Shown: piece after piece, positions 26,463 through 32,000 of the stretch
How the letters are laid out: every line of letters begins with the position of its first letter
How positions within the stretch are numbered: position 1 is the stretch's first letter
Source of the DNA: Nitrospirota bacterium
Lineage (GTDB): Bacteria; Nitrospirota; Nitrospiria; Nitrospirales; Nitrospiraceae
DNA: 32,000 bases
NCBI GenBank assembly: GCA_040757595.1
Contig: JBFLWP010000002.1
Coordinates: 231,832 to 263,831 of the forward strand
Reading direction: 5' to 3'
Notes under the pieces: generated by a model
Databases searched by the model: none
Told to the model about the DNA's origin: nothing
What the model saw: only the letters and a program-made list of their open reading frames with translations
Program-made: the position numbers and the translations under genes

Positions 26463-27614
26463 ATGCGCGTTGTCGCCACTTTCTGCCTCGTGCTCTGCTG
26501 GTGGGCCCTGGCCTGTTCCGCCAGGGCCGAGGGAATCCGGGTCCTGCTGGCCCAGGAGGCCCAGCGGGTGACGGTGACGGCTGACCGGGGACTCGTCGCT
26601 CTGACCCAAGCAGGTCAGGAGCGGAGCTTCGCCGGCCCGCTGGTCGTGACCTCCGCTGCGGACGGGACGGGGCTCATGGTGAACGGCGAGGCCTGGCCGG
26701 ATGGCTCCCTGCTGGTCCGAGCGCAGGAGGGAGATCTCTGGCTTGAGCGGCCTGAGCGGATCGCGGTGGGCGGAGCCCTTCAGATCGCCAGCCGCGGCCG
26801 GGGCCTCATGGCAGTCAACCGGGTGGAGTTGGAGGAATACGTCAAGGGAGTGGTGCCGGCGGAGATGAACGCCGGCTGGCATCAGGAAGCGCTCAAGGTG
26901 CAGGCGGTGGTGGCGCGCACCTACGCCCTCTACCAGAGGCGTCTCAACCGGGACCCGGCCTACGACGTGGTCGCAACCGTCCAGGATCAGGTCTATCGGG
27001 GCCGGGCCGGGCTGGATCAACGGGTCCAGCAGGCGGTGGAAGCCACCAGAGGGCTCGTGCTGACCTTCCGGAACGTGCCGATCTTGGCTGCCTTCTCGTC
27101 TACGGCCGCGGGCCCGACCGAAGACGCGCTGACCGTCTGGTCCAAGGACCTGCCTTATTTGAAGGGGGTTGATTGCCCCTTCGACCAGGGCTCTCCCTAT
27201 TATCAGTGGCGGGCGGAATTCACCTTGCAGGATTTGGAAGACAAGCTCAGAAGGCAGGGCCTGCGCGTGGGGGCCATCGCCAGCCTCACGCCCTACGCCT
27301 TCACACCGGCCGGACGGGTCACGAAGCTGCGCCTGCTCCACTCACAGGGAGAATTGCTCCTCCGGGGCGAGGACCTGCGTCGGGCGGTCGGCTACGGGGT
27401 GATTCCCAGCACCCAGTTCGAGGTCGAATCCATCGGCCGCTCCGTCGTCTTGACGGGCCGAGGGGCCGGGCATGCGGTCGGGCTCTGTCAGTGGGGGGCC
27501 AAGGAAATGGCCGAACTGGGCTATCCGTTCGACACCATCCTGCGCTATTACTTTCCGGGAACCGACCTCAAGGACCTGCGAACGGTTGACCTGGCTCCTC
27601 CCGCCGCCCGTTGA
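26463..27614 (+). CDS. SpoIID/LytB-domain protein (amidase enhancer type)
   Basis: It has the signal peptide MRVVATFCLVLCWWALACSARA, plus LEEYVKGVVPAEMNAGWHQEALKVQAVVARTYAL and GHAVGLCQWGA. Confidence 0.85.
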   Translation: MRVVATFCLVLCWWALACSARAEGIRVLLAQEAQRVTVTADRGLVALTQAGQERSFAGPLVVTSAADGTGLMVNGEAWPDGSLLVRAQEGDLWLERPERIAVGGALQIASRGRGLMAVNRVELEEYVKGVVPAEMNAGWHQEALKVQAVVARTYALYQRRLNRDPAYDVVATVQDQVYRGRAGLDQRVQQAVEATRGLVLTFRNVPILAAFSSTAAGPTEDALTVWSKDLPYLKGVDCPFDQGSPYYQWRAEFTLQDLEDKLRRQGLRVGAIASLTPYAFTPAGRVTKLRLLHSQGELLLRGEDLRRAVGYGVIPSTQFEVESIGRSVVLTGRGAGHAVGLCQWGAKEMAELGYPFDTILRYYFPGTDLKDLRTVDLAPPAAR

Positions 27615-28633
27615 TGTTGCTGGCCGATTTTGATTTTCCCTTTGATCCCGAGCTGGTCGCAACCCGTCCGGTCGAGCCCCGCGACCAGGCTCGGCTCCTG
27701 CTCGTGCCCCGAACCGGCGGCTCCTGGTCTCACCACCGGGTCCATGACCTGCCTGCATTGCTCCGTCCCAACGACCTGCTCGTTGTGAACGACACGAGGG
27801 TGCTGGCGGCCCGTCTGGTCGGTCGCAAGCGCCCGACCGGCGGGAAGGTCGAGCTGCTCCTGGTAAAGGAGCGCGAAGAGCGGACGTGGGAGGTGCTGCT
27901 CAAGGGGAAAGTCGAGCCGGGGCAGGTCATCGAGCTGGGGCAGGGGGCCACCGTCACCGTTCTGCTGCGTGGCGCGGGCGAGACGGTCGTGCGGTTCGCC
28001 GGGTCCCGCCCTGTCCGGGAGCTGATCGAAGAGGTCGGCCTGATGCCGCTCCCGCCTTACATCAAACGGGAACCCACGGGGGAGGACCGGACCTGGTACC
28101 AGACGGTCTTCGCCAGGACGGACGGCTCCATCGCCGCCCCGACGGCCAGCCTGCACTTCACGGAGCGGCTCCTCGATGCCCTGCGTGGGCGGGGGATCGG
28201 GCTCGCCACCGTGACGCTCCACGTCGGGCTGGGCACGTTCCTGCCGGTGAAGGCACCACGGGTTGAGGAACACCGGATGTTGCCGGAACGGATCGTGGTA
28301 CCGACGGAAACGGCGGAGACGGTCGAGGAGACGAAACGCGGGGGAGGGCGGATCGTGGCGGTCGGCTCCACGGTCGCGCGGGCCCTGGAGGCCTCGGCCG
28401 GTGAGCGGGGGAGGGTCAAGCCGATCCGGGGCGAGACGGACCTGTTCATCGCGCCCGGCTACCGGTTCCAGGTCATTGACGCGCTCCTGACCAACTTCCA
28501 CCTGCCGCGGAGCACGCTGCTCATGCTCGTCTCGGCCCTGGCGGGCGTGGAGCGGCTGCGGGCAGTCTATGAAGAGGCGGTCAAGGAGCGGTACCGGTTT
28601 TACTCCTACGGCGACGCGATGCTGATCCTCTGA
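27614..28633 (+). CDS. queA: S-adenosylmethionine:tRNA ribosyltransferase-isomerase
   Basis: 339 aa, with FDFPFDPELVATRP, PTASLHFT and FHLPRSTLLMLVSA. The ATG overlaps the spoIID stop by 1 nt. Confidence 0.95.
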   Translation: MLLADFDFPFDPELVATRPVEPRDQARLLLVPRTGGSWSHHRVHDLPALLRPNDLLVVNDTRVLAARLVGRKRPTGGKVELLLVKEREERTWEVLLKGKVEPGQVIELGQGATVTVLLRGAGETVVRFAGSRPVRELIEEVGLMPLPPYIKREPTGEDRTWYQTVFARTDGSIAAPTASLHFTERLLDALRGRGIGLATVTLHVGLGTFLPVKAPRVEEHRMLPERIVVPTETAETVEETKRGGGRIVAVGSTVARALEASAGERGRVKPIRGETDLFIAPGYRFQVIDALLTNFHLPRSTLLMLVSALAGVERLRAVYEEAVKERYRFYSYGDAMLIL

Positions 28634-28636
28634 GGA

Positions 28637-28733
28637 AGCGGTCAGCAATCAGCCGTCAGCTATTCGCTTCGGGTAGAAGGGAGCCCCATCTTGTCCAGGC
28701 TGCAAGCTGACCGCTGAGGGCTGACGGCTATTA
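28637..28733. repeat. inverted heptamer array between convergent genes (AGCNNTC x4 / GCTGANN x5)
   Basis: The left arm is agcggtc agcaatc agccgtc agctatt. The right arm is gctgcaa gctgacc gctgagg gctgacg gctatta. AGCCGTCAGC (28651-28660) pairs with GCTGACGGCT (28720-28729). Confidence 0.85.
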
Positions 28734-29429
28734 CAGCAATTCTTTTCTGATCTGGATCGGGATGCGGGCTTTGAGGGACTGGGTGTAGGCGACCAGAGCG
28801 CGCTGCTGCTTCTGCAGCAAGAAGTCTTGCAGGATCCGCTCCTTGGCCGACTGGCCGCCGGCCGCTCCGGTCGCCGGCTGGCGGGCCATGAGGGCCTCCG
28901 CCTCGGCGATCTCCGCCGGTGTCAGGGCCACCGAATCCCGCACGATCGTCTTGGCCTTGGCGGTCAGCAGCTCGCCGGCATAGATGGACTCGAACAGCGC
29001 CGGCGTCAAGCGGTTGGCGGCCAGAATGCGCCGGTAGAGCTCCGGGTCGAACTTGCCGTTCCGCTGAAAGTCCTGCCGGCTGAGAATGTCGTCGCGCAGC
29101 TCGGCCGGACTCACGGCCGCCCCCAGTTCCTTGGCGGCCAGGGTCCACAGCTTGTTCTCGACCATGCTCTCGATGACGAACTGCTTCATCTCCTCTTCCT
29201 TGATCTCGCCCTTCACGTTGTCCCGGTAGAACCGATAGGTGTTCTCGTAGCTCCGTCGGAACTCGTCGCGGGAGATCGTCAGATCCCCCACGGACGCGAC
29301 GGCGTTGGATTCCTGTTCGCCGAACCCCCACCAGCCCATCGTGATCACGAAGGCGATGGCCAGGGCTCCCATGATGGATTTCAACAGCCAGGGATACTTG
29401 TGGGCGCTGTCCCGCATGAGCTTGATCAT
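28731..29429 (-). CDS. PpiD/SurA-N-terminal-domain periplasmic chaperone-like protein (no parvulin domain)
   Basis: 232 aa from ATG 29429, with SD AAGGAG. It has an N-terminal membrane anchor (LLKSIMGALAIAFVITMGWW) followed by a SurA_N-like helical region. Confidence 0.7.
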   Translation of the reverse strand: MIKLMRDSAHKYPWLLKSIMGALAIAFVITMGWWGFGEQESNAVASVGDLTISRDEFRRSYENTYRFYRDNVKGEIKEEEMKQFVIESMVENKLWTLAAKELGAAVSPAELRDDILSRQDFQRNGKFDPELYRRILAANRLTPALFESIYAGELLTAKAKTIVRDSVALTPAEIAEAEALMARQPATGAAGGQSAKERILQDFLLQKQQRALVAYTQSLKARIPIQIRKELL

Positions 29430-29519
29430 GATGCCGCTCCTTGCTCGAATTCGAAGGGAAATTGTACCGGTCACGGCCGGGAAAGGCAAGACATGATATG
29501 CCTGAAAATGTTGAGAAAT

Positions 29520-29548
29520 TTGTGATGGGGCATGAACTTTGTTATACT
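29520..29548 (+). promoter_or_regulatory. candidate sigma-70 promoter upstream of or inside the annotated RDD ORF start
   Basis: TTGTGA (29520-29525), a 17-nt spacer, then TATACT (29543-29548). ATG 29532 lies inside the spacer. Confidence 0.3.
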
Positions 29549-30032
29549 GACGCGACCTTTGCATGGAGGACGCTTGTCGGGAGAGGGGCGGGAAGGGAAC
29601 CCTTTGGGCGAGGGGGTGTATCCCAAAGCGCACACCCTCAACCGTCTGATCGCGAAAACCGTGGATTTGATCATCGTGGCTGCGGCCGACCGGCTGGTTC
29701 CTCCGGTCGGGTGGCTGGCGGGGCTGGTCTACGTGCTCATCGCCGATGGATTCTCGGGCGGAAGCAGTGTCGGCAAGCGGCTGATCGGTCTGCAGACCGT
29801 GGTCACGCGCACTCAGGAATTTGCCGGTTTCCGGGAGTCCATCGTCCGCAACTTGCCCCTCGCGCTGGCGTACCTGCTGTTACCGCTCCCTTACATCGGG
29901 TGGGCGCTGGCAGCCGCCATCGCCGGGTTCGAAACGCTGTTGATCATCGGCAATGACCGGGGTGTCCGGCTCGGTGACGAAATCGCGCAGACGCAGGTCT
30001 TGGATGCGGGCCAGCTCGACTGGCGCGACTGA
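29532..30032 (+). CDS. RDD-family membrane protein (start uncertain)
   Basis: Hydrophobic segments are interspersed with R/D residues (VGKRLIGLQ, GNDRGVRLGDEIAQTQV). The true start may be downstream (TTG 29604 or GTG 29616) if the promoter call is right. Confidence 0.65.
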   Translation: MNFVILTRPLHGGRLSGEGREGNPLGEGVYPKAHTLNRLIAKTVDLIIVAAADRLVPPVGWLAGLVYVLIADGFSGGSSVGKRLIGLQTVVTRTQEFAGFRESIVRNLPLALAYLLLPLPYIGWALAAAIAGFETLLIIGNDRGVRLGDEIAQTQVLDAGQLDWRD

Positions 30033-30081
30033 CCCGACACGTACCCAGTTGGCCGGGCGCGGTCGCCGTGACCGTGCCTGA

Positions 30082-31149
<1,068 letters not shown>

Positions 31150-31168
31150 CCGCTCCATCCGCACGGGC

Positions 31169-32000
31169 ATGGCCATGTTGCGCACGACATCCGGAACCAG
31201 GCGGGTGGTGCTGGGGTTCTTCATCCTGCTCCTGTCGGTCGTCTTCGTCCTTCCCAAACAGAGCCAGGGGCTGCTGCAGAACGTCGGCAAGCCGATCGCC
31301 CAGGTCCTCGCCCTGCCCCTCGGGGCGTTCGCGGCGTTGGACCGCTCAGCGCGTGACCTGTGGGAGAGGTACCTGGCGCTCAGGGGCGTGGCCGAGGAGA
31401 ATCAGCGGCTGCGCCGCGAGGTGGAGGCCCTGCGGGGGCGGAACAACGAGCTGCGGGAGATCGCGGCGGCCGGGCAGCGCCTGACCGCGCTGCTGGCTTT
31501 GCAATCCAGCCAGGAGCTCCGGACCGTCGCCGCGCAGGTGATGGGGCGCGACGCGACGAACTGGTACCGGGGCCTCGTTCTGAACAAGGGCGAACGGGAC
31601 GGCATTCGGGCCGAGATGGGTGTGATGACGCCGGCCGGGGTCGTGGGGCGTGTGGTGAAGACCACGCCGGTCTCGTCGGTCGTGCTGCTGATCACGGATC
31701 CGAACAACGCGGTGACCGGGTTGATCCAGCGGACCAGAGACGAGGGCATCGTCGAGGGCACCGCGGAAGGCAAGGCGCGCATGAAATACATCCCGCTCCT
31801 CTCGACGGTGCGGCCCGGGGACGTCGTGGTGACGTCGGGGCTCACCGGCGGGTTCCCGAAGGGGCTCGCCGTCGGGACGGTCACCCGCATCGAGAAAGCC
31901 GAAGGGGACCTGTTCCAGTCGGCTGAGATCGTGCCCGACGTGGAGACCCGGAAAGTGGAAGAGGTGCTGGTGATCACGGACCCCCGTCCGCTCGGGACGG
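31169..32000 (+). CDS. mreC: rod-shape-determining protein MreC, 3' end cut by the window edge
   Basis: This frame is not in the ORF track because it has no stop before the window edge. My own translation gives MAMLRTTSGTRRVVLGFFILLLSVVF (membrane anchor), the coiled coil ENQRLRREVEALRGRNNELRE, and then DPNNAVTGLIQRTRDEGIVEG...GDVVVTSGLTGGFPKGLAVGTV. Confidence 0.85.
   Translation, partial: MAMLRTTSGTRRVVLGFFILLLSVVFVLPKQSQGLLQNVGKPIAQVLALPLGAFAALDRSARDLWERYLALRGVAEENQRLRREVEALRGRNNELREIAAAGQRLTALLALQSSQELRTVAAQVMGRDATNWYRGLVLNKGERDGIRAEMGVMTPAGVVGRVVKTTPVSSVVLLITDPNNAVTGLIQRTRDEGIVEGTAEGKARMKYIPLLSTVRPGDVVVTSGLTGGFPKGLAVGTVTRIEKAEGDLFQSAEIVPDVETRKVEEVLVITDPRPLGT

Overview
This is a high-GC bacterial chromosomal segment made up mostly of housekeeping operons. 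In order they are: hisE (partial)-HIT; dnaG-rpoD-tRNA(CAU); a COG1579 zinc-ribbon protein, an RNase HIII-like gene, RNase P RNA and a glutaredoxin-like gene; ilvB-ilvN-ilvC-psd-pssA-[T-box Leu leader]-leuA-leuB-NHL propeller-asd-DUF2905-spoIID-queA; a ppiD-like gene; an RDD gene; and mreB-mreC (partial). Having psd-pssA between ilvC and a T-box-controlled leuA resembles what I recall for Geobacter-type deltaproteobacteria and Nitrospirae-like lineages, but taxonomy cannot be fixed from the sequence alone. Two accessory patches stand out. (i) In about 720-5870, a fitAB/vapBC-type toxin-antitoxin pair is bracketed by a near-identical direct repeat of about 180-215 bp. It is followed by a clearly lower-GC two-gene operon (239 aa + 957 aa) with no domain I can recognise, which is my best candidate for an undescribed system. 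(ii) In about 10173-12700, downstream of the tRNA, there is an atypical receiver protein, a sigma-54-type promoter and several very small ORFs. A second recurrent signal is a family of intergenic inverted arrays built from degenerate tandem heptamers, usually containing TGA, at almost every operon junction. I saw no CRISPR array, transposase, integrase or rRNA. Many long ORFs in the supplied track are GC-driven antisense or off-frame artefacts.
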